Below are positions 9,591 through 20,796 of a DNA stretch of 64,000 nucleotides, one piece after another (position 1 is the first letter of the stretch; each line of letters begins with the position of its first letter). The stretch comes from an uncultured archaeon. GTDB lineage: Archaea > Asgardarchaeota > Heimdallarchaeia > Heimdallarchaeales > Heimdallarchaeaceae. The stretch lies in contig CAZJUB010000006.1 of NCBI GenBank assembly GCA_964549075.1, forward strand, positions 11,805 to 75,804, written 5' to 3'. A program made the position numbers and the translations under genes. Below the pieces are notes generated by a model. It saw nothing but the letters and a program-made list of their open reading frames with translations, was not told where the DNA came from and did not search any database.

Positions 9591-10639
9591 AAATTTCACC
9601 TGATATCTCTTTTTTAGTAAGTTATGTGAGAGGTCAGCATGCAAAGTTACTCTCTACAGAAGACTTTGAAAATTTAATAAATAAACCTTACGAAGCCTTC
9701 ATCAACGATCTAATGTCTTTTGAAATAGGTGAGATTCTACGATTTATACCATCTTCTAAGTCCCATGAAATAGAACGTTTCCTAACTCGCAGATTATTGG
9801 ATCAATATTCGTTTATCCTAAATAATATCCCAGTAATTTTCCGAAAATTTATCGAAGCTTATACCACCAAATTTGAGGTAATTAATTTACAGAGAATTAC
9901 ACGATATTTATTCTCAAAAGCAGATGTTGATCTAAAAGAAGCTATAAATCTCCGTCCTCAAGAGATGCTTGGGAGAACTGCTTTTATTGCTAAATTGCTC
10001 CAATGTAAAGATTTAGGGGAGTTTCTAGATGAATTAACAAAAACAGAATATAAAAATGAAATTGAAGTTGCTGAGAAAATTTACTCAACAGTTGGAGATA
10101 TCTGGCCTTTAGAATTTGCTTTTGAAACTTTTTATATTAAAAAAATGCTTCAAGAAGCTAATAAGCTCAAGTATAATAATAAGAAAGATGCATTAAGATT
10201 TGTTTACTCTGAACTCTTAATAATCTTAATCCTTGTAATTCTAAAAGCTGATTTTGTTGAAGTGGATATTAAAGAAGCTTTGCAACTTATACCTATTCCA
10301 AAAGATTTCCCTTACAAAAGACAAATATCTAAAATGATTTCAGATAATGTTTTAAAAACTGATTTAGAAGTATTAAAATCACTCAAATCGACTAAAATAG
10401 ATGATGGGATTAAAAAATATGAAGATGACAAGATGTTCTTACATATGGAAATTGCTGTTAGAGCTTTTCAGTTAAATTATCATCGTAAATTATTTTACAA
10501 GGATTTTGGAATACTAAGCATTTTAAGTTATCTTAAACAATATGAAACACAAATACAAGATTTGAATAAATTGCTGTATTTGAAAGAGTACAAGTTCCCT
10601 GTAGAGAAAACAAAGGAACTTATTGTTGATCTAATTTAA
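9584..10639 (+). CDS. atpC: A/V-type ATPase subunit C (d)
   Basis: FLVSYVRGQHAKLLS.EDF..L, FEV.NL..I.R and SYL..YE..I.DL match vATP-synt_AC39. It is 351 aa and sits inside the ATPase cluster. Confidence 0.8.
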   Translation: MAQISPDISFLVSYVRGQHAKLLSTEDFENLINKPYEAFINDLMSFEIGEILRFIPSSKSHEIERFLTRRLLDQYSFILNNIPVIFRKFIEAYTTKFEVINLQRITRYLFSKADVDLKEAINLRPQEMLGRTAFIAKLLQCKDLGEFLDELTKTEYKNEIEVAEKIYSTVGDIWPLEFAFETFYIKKMLQEANKLKYNNKKDALRFVYSELLIILILVILKADFVEVDIKEALQLIPIPKDFPYKRQISKMISDNVLKTDLEVLKSLKSTKIDDGIKKYEDDKMFLHMEIAVRAFQLNYHRKLFYKDFGILSILSYLKQYETQIQDLNKLLYLKEYKFPVEKTKELIVDLI

Positions 10640-10642
10640 TCT

Positions 10643-11134
10643 TCAAATCGTTGGAACTGTGACTATATTCAGTAGTATAAAAGCAATTAGTAATCCGTAA
10701 ATTGCTAGAGCCTCTCCTAACCCAAGATAAATAAGGTTGGGTGTAAATACTTCTGAGTTTGCTGTAATTGAACCAATAGCAGCTGGTTCACCTTTTGCTA
10801 GTGTAAATGCTGCTCCAAGATTTGAAACAACCATGATGAACATTGCTGCGATGAAAATCCAACCATATTCAGGCCTGAATTCTGTTAGTTCATATGTTCC
10901 ATCCAAGAAGGGTTGTATCTTAGTATACATAACAAAAGCAATCAGTAGACCATAAATTGCTAAAGCTTCTGCTAATGCGAGATAAATAAGAATGAAAATA
11001 TTCAACCTTTGTTTCTCAGCAACAGCTGCTGCAGCTGCTTGAACTCCTTTAGAAAGAGGAATTCCAGCTCCAAGTATAGTTAACATAGTTCCTGCGATAC
11101 CAATAATCCCTAATATATATCCTTCAACTGCCAT
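10643..11134 (-). CDS. atpK: A/V-type ATPase proteolipid subunit K/c, duplicated (4 TM)
   Basis: Two hairpins, each carrying EALAIYGLLIAF. Confidence 0.92.
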   Translation of the reverse strand: MAVEGYILGIIGIAGTMLTILGAGIPLSKGVQAAAAAVAEKQRLNIFILIYLALAEALAIYGLLIAFVMYTKIQPFLDGTYELTEFRPEYGWIFIAAMFIMVVSNLGAAFTLAKGEPAAIGSITANSEVFTPNLIYLGLGEALAIYGLLIAFILLNIVTVPTI

Positions 11135-13163
11135 ATTTACTCAAATCCATTTTTTTGTTGAAAATGAAGATTGGCTTGTGTTGTATGCCACTACCTTCAT
11201 AAAATTTACTGAAAAATTCATAAAAATGTAATCTTAAAGTTTGAACAAAAACCAATAATCCCTCTAGAACTAATACAAAGACATTTCCTATCACTAATAT
11301 TAAAATCTGAAATCCTATAAATGTAACTTGCATAGCTAATGCGTTGATAACACTTAGAAATACAACGTGAGCAACTAACATAGCTAGCATTCTTCCATAT
11401 GATATTGTGTTACTAATGAATGTACTGAAAGATTCTAGTAGATGAATCAAACCCATGCCAATACCACCAAAGAAACTTCGAACAATATTGCGTCTTCTTT
11501 TCTTGAAAAGTATACTAACAATACCTTGACCTAATAAAGCAAGCCCGACTCCAATAGAAACAGAAACCAAACCAACAAGTAGGAATCCTTTATTACTAGG
11601 ATCAATTCCTAAATTCAAAATTCCCAAAGAAGTCAAGAAATACAGAATTGCTGCATATAAGAAAAATTGTGCTGTTGTATCTTTAATTAGTTCATCAAAT
11701 TCTTTACGTCTAATTTGATTAATTACTCTTAGAACTAATCCTAATATAACATGAATAGAACCAATGATAAGTGTTAAATTGAATACTTCTACTAAATCGT
11801 TAACAGGTTCTAAAAACGGATACTTAAGACCAAAAATATACACAGGTCCAGTAATCCCTAGTAAATCTGTTAAATGAGCACCAAATGCTTCACCAAAAAT
11901 GAATCCCATAATTGCAGAAGTTATTCCGACCATCATTACAAGGAGAAACATTCTTCTAATTCCTTTTTTAAGTCCTCTTGCAAGAATTCCCATTAAACCA
12001 ATAATAACAAGAATAAGCCCATGCCCTAAATCTCCAAACATGATTCCAAAGAAGATACTAAAGGTAAACACAAAGAAAATTGTTGGATCCACCTCCTTAG
12101 CTGAAGGTAAGCCATATAATCCAACAATGGATTGAAATGAATTCATTATAGGATTTTTTGCTTCAACAAAAGGAATATTCTTTATTTCTTCTTCTGGTCC
12201 ATGAACAATTAAAATAGTTTCAGGAAAATCCTCTAAGGATTTTTCTAGGATTGAAAGATCTCTTTGGGCAATCCATCCTTGGATAACTACTGTTCTACTA
12301 GTTGTTCTTGAAGAAACATATAAACGAAGTAGGTGTCCATAGCTTTCAATAGATAATTTTAATGCTATTATTTTTTCTTTATTATTTATAGCAAATTGAT
12401 TAATAGATTTTTCAAGTCCCTTTTTCTCATTTTGAATCTTTTTACATTCTTTAATTATTTCATCTTCAATCTCTGTTTTACTTAAATAAGCTGGATCGTT
12501 GAGCTCATACAAGTACCATCTTACGATTGATAGATCTTTCAAAAGTTTTGAAATCTCACCCTTTCGACCTTGAGCAAAAATCATGAATTTGTTAGAAGCT
12601 AACGCTATTACTTCACTTTTTGTAATATCCTTGACAAATTCTTCAGCATCACTTTCTTTTGTTGTAGTAAGCACTCCTACAATTGTGCTCTCATTAGCTT
12701 TTACTTCATAAGGATATTCTTCTTCAAGAAGTCTAAAGCCTTTAGCAAGCAACTCATTCATACTTTCTTCTTCTTTTCTTTTTTCTAGTCTATTCTTCAA
12801 ACCTTCAATTCCAGTTTTTAACTCAATTATTTGCTTGGTTAGATTCTCTTCAATTTTATTGATATCCTCCCAATTATCAAATAGCGGTGAAATTAATGGC
12901 GGTTTTCTATAAGCTCTAGCTATTTTTTGACCAAATTTCTCTTTTGGTTCTGGAATGAAATCCAACAAATCTTTGTATGATATTTCTAAAGATCTTAATT
13001 TTTCTAATCGTGATGTAGGATAATAATCATCTAAATCTTCTACTGAGACATTGTCTTTTACCATCATTTTTTCAGTTTCAGCTATTTTAATGATCATTTT
13101 TGAAAAGTCTTCTTTAGGACTTATAATTGTAGCTTCTAACATTTTAGCTGGAAACAGACCCAT
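11124..13163 (-). CDS. atpI: A/V-type ATPase subunit I (a)
   Basis: YGLP...EVDPT, FFGIMFGDLGHG, SNTISYGRMLA (essential Arg) and LRLHFYEFFSKFYEG.G. Confidence 0.95.
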   Translation of the reverse strand: MGLFPAKMLEATIISPKEDFSKMIIKIAETEKMMVKDNVSVEDLDDYYPTSRLEKLRSLEISYKDLLDFIPEPKEKFGQKIARAYRKPPLISPLFDNWEDINKIEENLTKQIIELKTGIEGLKNRLEKRKEEESMNELLAKGFRLLEEEYPYEVKANESTIVGVLTTTKESDAEEFVKDITKSEVIALASNKFMIFAQGRKGEISKLLKDLSIVRWYLYELNDPAYLSKTEIEDEIIKECKKIQNEKKGLEKSINQFAINNKEKIIALKLSIESYGHLLRLYVSSRTTSRTVVIQGWIAQRDLSILEKSLEDFPETILIVHGPEEEIKNIPFVEAKNPIMNSFQSIVGLYGLPSAKEVDPTIFFVFTFSIFFGIMFGDLGHGLILVIIGLMGILARGLKKGIRRMFLLVMMVGITSAIMGFIFGEAFGAHLTDLLGITGPVYIFGLKYPFLEPVNDLVEVFNLTLIIGSIHVILGLVLRVINQIRRKEFDELIKDTTAQFFLYAAILYFLTSLGILNLGIDPSNKGFLLVGLVSVSIGVGLALLGQGIVSILFKKRRRNIVRSFFGGIGMGLIHLLESFSTFISNTISYGRMLAMLVAHVVFLSVINALAMQVTFIGFQILILVIGNVFVLVLEGLLVFVQTLRLHFYEFFSKFYEGSGIQHKPIFIFNKKMDLSKYGS

Positions 13164-13171
13164 TTTATCAC

Positions 13172-13816
13172 CTACTCAAATAATGATTCATTAATTTTTG
13201 TTCGTATTTTTTCTTTACTAACATCAAGAAGATTTTCTAGCGTATAGTCAATCCTAACCCTCTCTCGAACATCAGTAAGAATGAATCCACCTATTGTTTT
13301 GAGGGAAGATTTGTCTAAAGTACATTTTATCCCTTCATTTTTGAATAAATTATCAATGATTTTTGAGAAAATTTTGTTGTCCCTTTCATCTATGAAAATC
13401 TTAACTTCTTCTAATCGCATGTTTTTTGTGCCACGAAGTAATGTTTTATTGAGAAATGTCTCATATTCTTTTGTTTTTCTAAAATCACCAAATTCCTTTT
13501 CAATAATATCGTATACTTCATCTATTAGCATTTCTTTTGCTTCTATTATGATTTTACGTGCTTCTTGTTGATATTCTGTCTCCGTTCTTTTCTTAAGAAA
13601 ATCGATACGAGATGTCTCTTTAGCTAATTCTTTTTCCTTCACTTCTTCAACTAATTTTTGTGTCTCTTTTTCTATCTCTTCAAGTTTGAGTTTAGTATTA
13701 TTTTGAATATTCTCTATTTCTTTATCAGATTCATCTTGAATCTTTTTCAATAAATTAGTTAAAGCTTCATTGCCAAATTTTTCAATTTCTTTTTCTTTTG
13801 TTGGAATCTCAATCAC
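13172..13816 (-). CDS. atpE: A/V-type ATPase subunit E
   Basis: N-terminal coiled coil followed by IGGFIL...VRIDYTLE. Confidence 0.88.
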   Translation of the reverse strand: MIEIPTKEKEIEKFGNEALTNLLKKIQDESDKEIENIQNNTKLKLEEIEKETQKLVEEVKEKELAKETSRIDFLKKRTETEYQQEARKIIIEAKEMLIDEVYDIIEKEFGDFRKTKEYETFLNKTLLRGTKNMRLEEVKIFIDERDNKIFSKIIDNLFKNEGIKCTLDKSSLKTIGGFILTDVRERVRIDYTLENLLDVSKEKIRTKINESLFE

Positions 13817-13817
13817 C

Positions 13818-14246
13818 TCATACAGGAAACATTAAAACTGGTATATCTGACAATTCAATCACATATCTCACATGATTTTTGATTAACCTTTTTGTTATAG
13901 ATTCTCTTCTTGTTCCCATCACAATAAATTCCACATTTTCCCTTTTTGCAGTTTCAATTATTTTGTCTGCTATAAGACCTTTCAACAATTCAGTTGTTAT
14001 ATATAAATGAGTGTCAGAGTATTCTAAGATCAATTTTTGCAATATGTTCTCATTTTCATGTTGATTTTCTTCAAGAACTTCTTCCAAGGTTTTTCCTTTA
14101 TATATTGCTAATTGTTCAAGATTTTGTTTGTCAATTACATGTAAAAGATGAACCTCTGTTATACAGTCGTCTAAAAATTCTATGAGTTGCTTGATTAATT
14201 CTGAGCCACTTTCAAAATCACCAATAGCAACTAACGCTTTTTTCAT
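13818..14246 (-). CDS. Universal stress protein (USP)
   Basis: KKALVAI, LLHVID, G.IADKIIETA...FIVMGTR and SDIPVLMFP. Confidence 0.85.
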   Translation of the reverse strand: MKKALVAIGDFESGSELIKQLIEFLDDCITEVHLLHVIDKQNLEQLAIYKGKTLEEVLEENQHENENILQKLILEYSDTHLYITTELLKGLIADKIIETAKRENVEFIVMGTRRESITKRLIKNHVRYVIELSDIPVLMFPV

Positions 14247-14249
14247 CTA

Positions 14250-14888
14250 CTACAACCTCTTTTGCTTTTTTTCTTTTAATTTTTGTTTTAATTTTTTAAT
14301 AGTGTAAATATTCTCTAATTCGTAAGCTTCCAAGGCTTCATCAATATATTTTATGATGTTCTGAAATCTGACCAAGTAAATTTTGTCCAGAGCATTTAGG
14401 TTGAGTTGTATAGATTGAAGACTTCTTATTATTCTATAAGCAAAATTCTCAATTTCAGCAAGTTGAACTAGCAATGTAAATGTGTCCCGAAATTTTCGAG
14501 CAGTTACCCATAATAAGCTAGAAATACCAAAAAATCCGTATGATGGTTCAGGGATTTTTTTCAGGTCTAATTCATTGAATTGAACACCCATATATTCTAC
14601 TGGTTTTGTACCTACCTCAACATCTTTAGGGATAGTTTCACTAAATACATTAACCATATCTTTCCCAAGCTCTGATTCTGTTTTAATATATTCAATATAT
14701 GATTCACTAAGATTTTTTTCCATTCTTTCTCTAAGAGATATAGCTTCAGCTGTAATTATGTGGAGTTTCATAAGTAAAGCTTCATATTTTTCTCTTAATA
14801 ATTCATATGCTCTTTTAACCAATTGTAATTTCTTTTTGTATTTCAAAAGATTGTCTTTTGTAGGAGGAACATCTATCATTTGCCTCAT
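14250..14888 (-). CDS. atpD: A/V-type ATPase subunit D
   Basis: PTK.NLL..K..L....RAYELL..K.EAL, MGV, LAE.E and NAL..I. ATGA overlap with the atpB stop. Confidence 0.9.
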   Translation of the reverse strand: MRQMIDVPPTKDNLLKYKKKLQLVKRAYELLREKYEALLMKLHIITAEAISLRERMEKNLSESYIEYIKTESELGKDMVNVFSETIPKDVEVGTKPVEYMGVQFNELDLKKIPEPSYGFFGISSLLWVTARKFRDTFTLLVQLAEIENFAYRIIRSLQSIQLNLNALDKIYLVRFQNIIKYIDEALEAYELENIYTIKKLKQKLKEKKQKRL

Positions 14889-16279
14889 GATTCTTCCTCC
14901 TTCATATGAACTAAATAATTTTTTATTAACTCTTCAGAGACTTTATTTAATTCAGACTCTGGTAATTGAGATAATAGAGACCATCCAATTTTAAGTGACT
15001 CCTCTATAGTTCTGTGGCTGTCACCTTGGTTTACGAAGATTTCTTCAAATTTCTCTGAAAAACTAAGTAAAATTTGATCTATACGATTTAATTCTTTTTT
15101 TCCAATAACTTCTGCTAGTTTTCTTTTATCTAAACCTTCAGCGTAGGATGCATAGAGCTGGTCACTAAGTGAAGGGTGATCTTCTCTTGTATAACCTTTG
15201 CCAATTCCATCTTTCATCAATCTTGATAAAGATCCTAAAACGTCAATGGGAGGATAGATTCCTCTATTATGCAAAGATCTATCCAATATGATTTGCCCCT
15301 CAGTTATATAACCAGTTAGATCTGCAATTGGGTGTGTTATATCATCATTAGGCATAGTGAGATTTGCAAGTAAGGTGATACTGCCTTCTGCACCTTCAAC
15401 AATACCTGCCCTTTCATATATAGAAGCAAGATCACTATACATATAGCCAGGAAAACCTTTTCTTGAGGGAACTGTTTCTAATGCTACTGATATTTCTCGT
15501 AAGGCTTGACAATAATTTGTTATATCTGAAAGAATTACTAGTACGTGATAATCTTTGTCAAAAGCAAGATATTCTGCAATAGTTAATGCGACTCTTGGTG
15601 TCAGTAGTCTTTCTGCAGCTGAATCACTAGCTAAATTTGTAAACATAATTACTTTGTTTAGGGTACCTGTTTCTTTGAACAATCTCTGGAAATAAATGTA
15701 ATCATCCATAGTTAACCCCATAGCACCAAACACAATAACAAATTTCTCATTTTCTGTCTGTCTTGCTATTTGAGCTTGTTTAACAATTTGCCCTACAAAT
15801 TGATTGTTTGGTAAACCCGCACCTGTAAAAATAGGTAATTTCTGACCTCTTACTAATGTATTCATTATATCAATACTGGAGATTCCTGTTTCGATATAAT
15901 TTCGTGGATATATTCGAGAGGTTGGATTAATGGGCTCACCGTTGACATCTCTATAATCTTCAGAATAAATACTTGGTAATCCATCCAGCGGTTCTCCCAG
16001 AGAATTAAAAATTCTTCCAATCATATTTTCCGAGACAAATAATTGCATTGTTCGACCTGAGAACATAGTTTCAACTTTGTCTTTATCTATCTCATATGTT
16101 CCTTGATAAAGTAATATGATAACTTTTCCTTCTTCAATTGCTAGAACTCTGCCTTTACGAACAGTTCCATTCTCTAAAATAACTTCAAGGTATTCTCCCA
16201 TCTGTATCCCCGAGACACCTTCAACTATTATAAGTGGCCCTCGAATTTCAGATACACCTTTAACCGTTATTCTAGCCAT
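14885..16279 (-). CDS. atpB: A/V-type ATPase subunit B
   Basis: [38 protein letters not shown] and [16 protein letters not shown]. Start likely ATG 16279 (GGTGA SD). Confidence 0.96.
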   Translation of the reverse strand: MARITVKGVSEIRGPLIIVEGVSGIQMGEYLEVILENGTVRKGRVLAIEEGKVIILLYQGTYEIDKDKVETMFSGRTMQLFVSENMIGRIFNSLGEPLDGLPSIYSEDYRDVNGEPINPTSRIYPRNYIETGISSIDIMNTLVRGQKLPIFTGAGLPNNQFVGQIVKQAQIARQTENEKFVIVFGAMGLTMDDYIYFQRLFKETGTLNKVIMFTNLASDSAAERLLTPRVALTIAEYLAFDKDYHVLVILSDITNYCQALREISVALETVPSRKGFPGYMYSDLASIYERAGIVEGAEGSITLLANLTMPNDDITHPIADLTGYITEGQIILDRSLHNRGIYPPIDVLGSLSRLMKDGIGKGYTREDHPSLSDQLYASYAEGLDKRKLAEVIGKKELNRIDQILLSFSEKFEEIFVNQGDSHRTIEESLKIGWSLLSQLPESELNKVSEELIKNYLVHMKEEES

Positions 16280-16286
16280 ATTAATA

Positions 16287-18089
16287 TCACCCTCTATTTC
16301 CATATTTTGTTCCTAAATCTTCAATTTCGGAATGGATATAATCTTCTATTTTATTTAACTGCATCATGTTGTCGTTAGGAACATCTTCTTTCATTCTTTT
16401 AAGAAGCTTAACAGATTTTAATGAATTAATAAGTGAAATTGGGCAACCGTTCTTTATCAAGATTCTAGCTCGATTATAAAATAAAAGCATAAGATTCATC
16501 ATTCTCATCTGTTTATCAATTGGGCAAAAGGAATCTACTGGATGAAAAGCGCTTTGTTGGAGAAAACCTTCTTTGATTATCTCAGCAACTAGAATAATAA
16601 GTTGCTCATCAGCTGGTAAAGCTTTTGCTCCAATTAACTCAACTATTTGTTGAAGTTCATTATCTTGTTGTAAAATTGTAAACATTTCTTGTCTGTATCT
16701 TCCCCAATCTTCTAAACCTGTTTCTAGAGCCCATTCCTCTATAGCATTAATATAACCAGAATAACTTGAAAACCAATTGATTGATGGAAAATGTTTCCTG
16801 TTTGCTAATGTTGGATCTAATCCCCAGAAGGTTTTTACAAATCTTTTAGTATTAGAAGTTACAGGCTCACTGAAATCTCCTCCAGGAGGTGATATAGCAG
16901 CTGTAATGTTAATTGAGCCTTCTCTATAAGGAGAACCAATTGCAACAACGTGACCAGCTCTCTCGTAAAAGTTAGCTAATCTAGCACCTAAATATGCAGG
17001 ATAACCTTCTTCCACAGGCATCTCTTCCAGTTGTCCAGAAATCTCACGAAGTGCTTCTGCCCATCTAGAGGTGGAATCAGCTGTAAGTAATACATTGAAT
17101 CCTTGATCTCGAAAATATTCTGCCATGGTTATTCCCATATAGATTGAAGCTTCTCTAGCTGCAACAGGCATATTCGATACATTAGCAATTAATAGAGTTC
17201 TATCCATCAATGGATTTTTTGTATATGGATCTATTAATTTTGGAAATTCTCTCAAAACATCTGTCATTTCATTGCCTCGCTCTCCACATCCAATGTATAT
17301 TACAACATCAGCGTTACTCCATTTAGATAATTGGTGTTGAATAACTGTCTTACCTGTTCCAAATCCTCCTGGAATTGCAGCTGTCCCTCCTTTAGTTATT
17401 GGAAAGAACATGTCGATAATTCTTTGACCTGTGATGAGCGGTTCATGAACTGGAATTTTTCTAAGAAAAGGTCTAGCAATTCTTACAGGCCATTCTTGCA
17501 TCATTGTCAGCTGTCGTTTTATACCTTCTTTTGTCTTTAATGTTACAATAGGATCAATAACAGTATAATCACCTTTATCTTGAATTTCAACAAGTTCTCC
17601 CTGTAAATTTGGTGGAACTAGAATGAGGCTTTCTATAGTCTTTGTTTCTTGTACAACTCCTAGTTTGTCCCCACTATGAATGTGTTCACCTTTCTTTAGG
17701 TCTCCATTTGGGATGAATTCCCATTTTGTATTTCTGCTTAAAGCACTAGTTTGAATACCTCTTTTGATGAAAGCAGAATTTGTGATTTTCTTTATTGTCT
17801 CTAAAGGTCTTTGAATCCCATCAAAAATATTTGATAACAATCCCGGTCCTAACTCAGCAGAAAGAGAATGACCAGTAGGATATATAGGATCATTTATCCT
17901 AAGTCCTTCTAATGGTTCATAAACTTGGATTGTAGCAATTTCATGTTCAATAGCAATGATTTCTCCAATTAATCTCTCTTCCCCTACATATGTGATCTCT
18001 CCCATTTTAAATGTGGAAAGACCTTTGACTTGAACAGTAGAACCTTTTATAGAACTTATTCTCGCATTTTCTACTGTTGTTTTACTCAT
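16287..18089 (-). CDS. atpA: A/V-type ATPase catalytic subunit A
   Basis: P-loop [30 protein letters not shown] and [11 protein letters not shown]. Start probably ATG 18089 (MSKTT); the track extends to 18140. Confidence 0.97.
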   Translation of the reverse strand: MSKTTVENARISSIKGSTVQVKGLSTFKMGEITYVGEERLIGEIIAIEHEIATIQVYEPLEGLRINDPIYPTGHSLSAELGPGLLSNIFDGIQRPLETIKKITNSAFIKRGIQTSALSRNTKWEFIPNGDLKKGEHIHSGDKLGVVQETKTIESLILVPPNLQGELVEIQDKGDYTVIDPIVTLKTKEGIKRQLTMMQEWPVRIARPFLRKIPVHEPLITGQRIIDMFFPITKGGTAAIPGGFGTGKTVIQHQLSKWSNADVVIYIGCGERGNEMTDVLREFPKLIDPYTKNPLMDRTLLIANVSNMPVAAREASIYMGITMAEYFRDQGFNVLLTADSTSRWAEALREISGQLEEMPVEEGYPAYLGARLANFYERAGHVVAIGSPYREGSINITAAISPPGGDFSEPVTSNTKRFVKTFWGLDPTLANRKHFPSINWFSSYSGYINAIEEWALETGLEDWGRYRQEMFTILQQDNELQQIVELIGAKALPADEQLIILVAEIIKEGFLQQSAFHPVDSFCPIDKQMRMMNLMLLFYNRARILIKNGCPISLINSLKSVKLLKRMKEDVPNDNMMQLNKIEDYIHSEIEDLGTKYGNRG

Positions 18090-18179
18090 TACAAGAATAT
18101 TTAGTTTGTTAAATAAGTATTTTACTGTACAACTATCCATATCATAAAGCTTTAATTTTATTTAACCAAGTATCACTTA

Positions 18180-18494
18180 ATGCAAGAATCTGACTTAATC
18201 AGTAAAGCTTTCGTTATAGGAGCAAGAGAAACTGTAAGAGGCTTTCATCTGATTGGCGTAGCAGGACAAGAAGCTTTTGAAAAATCAGCGATTCTGGGAG
18301 CTTTAGATTATGCACTTGAACATGACTATGCGTTAATAATTCTTTCTGCTTCTGCAGCATATAAAATAGAGGATACTTTAGAATCAATTAGATTAGAAAC
18401 GACTACCCCGATTATTGTAATATCTGATGTCAATCTTAAAGTAGATATAAAGGATTTAGAAAAGAAATTTAGGAAATTTATTGGTATTCATTAA
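18180..18494 (+). CDS. atpF: A/V-type ATPase subunit F
   Basis: FVIGARETVRGF.LIGV.G, P.IVI.D and a C-terminal RKFIG. Divergent from atpA. Confidence 0.85.
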   Translation: MQESDLISKAFVIGARETVRGFHLIGVAGQEAFEKSAILGALDYALEHDYALIILSASAAYKIEDTLESIRLETTTPIIVISDVNLKVDIKDLEKKFRKFIGIH

Positions 18495-19026
18495 GAAGCT
18501 TTTCAAAGATTCTGTTGAAGATATTATAATCATTTTCTGTAAAAAGCACTACTTGTATAATCTTGAATTTATTATTTTCTTCCTCAAGAAAATGCATAAA
18601 GCATTCTATCATTATCTCCGCACAACTATCTATCGGAAATCCAGCTATTCCAGTTCCAATGGCTGGAAATGCTATTGTTTCAATTCCAAACTCTGATCCT
18701 ATTCGTAATGAATTCAAAATAGATTTTCTGAGTGATTCTTTAGTAGTTCTACCCCCTAAATTCATAGAAGCAGCATGTATGACCTTTTTTGCTTTAAGAT
18801 TTCCTCCTGTTGTTATTGCAGCTTTTCCTAACTCTACTGGTCCAATATCTGAACATTCTTTTTGAATTGATGGACCTCCTCTTTTTCTAATCGCTCCAGC
18901 TACTCCTGCTCCTAAAATTAGTTGCGTGTTTGCTGCATTGACAATTGCATCAACATCACATTCTGTTATATCGCCTTGAACTAAATTTATTGATGTACTT
19001 CTAATATTCCACATTACTAATCTCAC
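18478..19026 (-). CDS. Macro domain protein (AF1521/YmdB-like; ADP-ribose binding, O-acetyl-ADP-ribose deacetylase)
   Basis: GDIT...DAIVNAAN..L..G.GVAGAI, VIHA and IAFPAIGTGIAGFP. Confidence 0.93.
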   Translation of the reverse strand: MRLVMWNIRSTSINLVQGDITECDVDAIVNAANTQLILGAGVAGAIRKRGGPSIQKECSDIGPVELGKAAITTGGNLKAKKVIHAASMNLGGRTTKESLRKSILNSLRIGSEFGIETIAFPAIGTGIAGFPIDSCAEIMIECFMHFLEEENNKFKIIQVVLFTENDYNIFNRIFEKLLNEYQ

Positions 19027-19820
19027 TTTATGTTTTGTTTAATACAATCAGTTCCTATTACTTTATCTGTTGTTCGAAAACCCATTTTTTTATATATTTT
19101 TACTGCTGGAATATTAGATTCTTCTACCCACAATGATATTGTTTCTATACCTTTAGAAAATAATATTTCACACATTTTTGCACTAATATCGAAACCAAAT
19201 CCTCTGTTTCTGTATTCTTGAGAAACCCAAACTCCTCTGATAATAGCAAAGGAAAAATTCTCATTTACTATAATGTGAGGTGCAAAGGCAACGCCTATGA
19301 TTTTATCATCTTTAATAATTCCAACCCCACCACCTTCCGAATTTGAAAAAAGAAGTCTCTGTTTGAAACTTAATTCTTTTATTACCGTTTCATCCAGATT
19401 CTGTGCTTCATAAGTGTCTTTTGTTATGAAATTTTCCTGATTTAATTCCATACTCAAAAAAGTATTCATTTCTTTGCCTTTTGCAGATTTATCCATTACT
19501 TCAAAGCTAGTAAAATTATCCATGACAACTTCCATCCATTCAGGATCAAATGACAAACTTATCTTTCCTACTGGTTCATACATATCCAGAAGTTCTCTAT
19601 TTGATGGTCCAAAAAGAGTAGTGTGCAAATCATATGAAAATCTAAAAGAGGAATCCTTTCTTTGAAAGTGACAACTCTCTGGAAATGTGAGAATGTCCCA
19701 AACAGTGTAAGCAAGCCTCGATATTCTATTTTTTCCAACCTCTAGAATAGAATCAAATTGAAGTGGCATTGATATAAAAGTAAAAAACTTCCTTATATCT
19801 TCTTCTCTTTTTAAAATCAC
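19023..19820 (-). CDS. GNAT-family acetyltransferase (C-terminal GNAT domain)
   Basis: IRGVWVSQEYRNRGFG and N.PAVKIYKKMGF. Confidence 0.85.
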   Translation of the reverse strand: MILKREEDIRKFFTFISMPLQFDSILEVGKNRISRLAYTVWDILTFPESCHFQRKDSSFRFSYDLHTTLFGPSNRELLDMYEPVGKISLSFDPEWMEVVMDNFTSFEVMDKSAKGKEMNTFLSMELNQENFITKDTYEAQNLDETVIKELSFKQRLLFSNSEGGGVGIIKDDKIIGVAFAPHIIVNENFSFAIIRGVWVSQEYRNRGFGFDISAKMCEILFSKGIETISLWVEESNIPAVKIYKKMGFRTTDKVIGTDCIKQNIK

Positions 19821-20779
19821 ATGTATTTCTGACCATAAAGCTCATTATCAAGCTTGTTAAGGTACTCGCTATATTCACTTTTATTGGATATTTCAAAAGC
19901 TTTCTTAATTCTCTGCGTTCCTTCATATCTTTGTCCCATTCTAATAAGAGCTTGTCCAGACAGAAAAAGTGCTTCATCATCATCTTTGATAAGTGTCAGT
20001 AGTTCGTTGCATAAATTAAATGTCTTTTGTATGTCCCCCTCTGCAAGATAAAGTCTTGCTAATTTATTATATATGCTTCGGTTATCTTTTCTTGTTCTTT
20101 CTTCTACTTGAAGAGCTTGTAGATATTTCTCTTTTGCGATATCTAGATGCCCCATAAAATCATAGAGATCTCCTAATTCTTCATATAATTCTTGGTTTAC
20201 TGGATCAATTTCAATAGCAGAATTATATGCATCAATTGCTGATAGGAAATTCTCCATCTCTTTATAACTCTGAGCTAACAATCGCCAAACCTCTATGTCC
20301 TCTCTATTAATTCTTAGATAGGTTTCAAAACTTAATACTGCTACTTGGTATTCTCCTCTTTGTAAAGCTAGTTTACCTCGTCCTAACCAAGATTGTATCG
20401 CTCTGGGATTGAGAGAAGTTGCTTTAAAATAGTAATTTTCTGATACGTCTGGTTGATTCCAGATTCTATAAATCTCACCTAAAAGTTCATATGATTCCCA
20501 ATGATCAGTATCTTCTGCTATAACTGAGGTTAATGCTTCAACAGCATCTTTAAAGTGCCCCTGTAGATAAAGCACTTTACCTTTTTTAAACAATAAAGAT
20601 TTATCGTGGTATTTTTCTGTCATTCTGTCAAGAAATGAAAGAGCTTCATCAAACAAACTATTTTCAATTAGACTATCTATTAATTCTATCTCAAAAGGCT
20701 TCATATCTTGATTAGAATCCAAATTCATGAACCCACCAATATTACTTGTTTCTTCTGTCATTAAAAACTTTTCAGTCAA
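19817..20779 (-). CDS. TPR repeat protein
   Basis: Repeated 34-aa TPR units (W..LG..Y.....A...Y..A...P). Confidence 0.88.
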   Translation of the reverse strand: MTEKFLMTEETSNIGGFMNLDSNQDMKPFEIELIDSLIENSLFDEALSFLDRMTEKYHDKSLLFKKGKVLYLQGHFKDAVEALTSVIAEDTDHWESYELLGEIYRIWNQPDVSENYYFKATSLNPRAIQSWLGRGKLALQRGEYQVAVLSFETYLRINREDIEVWRLLAQSYKEMENFLSAIDAYNSAIEIDPVNQELYEELGDLYDFMGHLDIAKEKYLQALQVEERTRKDNRSIYNKLARLYLAEGDIQKTFNLCNELLTLIKDDDEALFLSGQALIRMGQRYEGTQRIKKAFEISNKSEYSEYLNKLDNELYGQKYM

Positions 20780-20796
20780 AAGTTTAAGGAGAAAGA

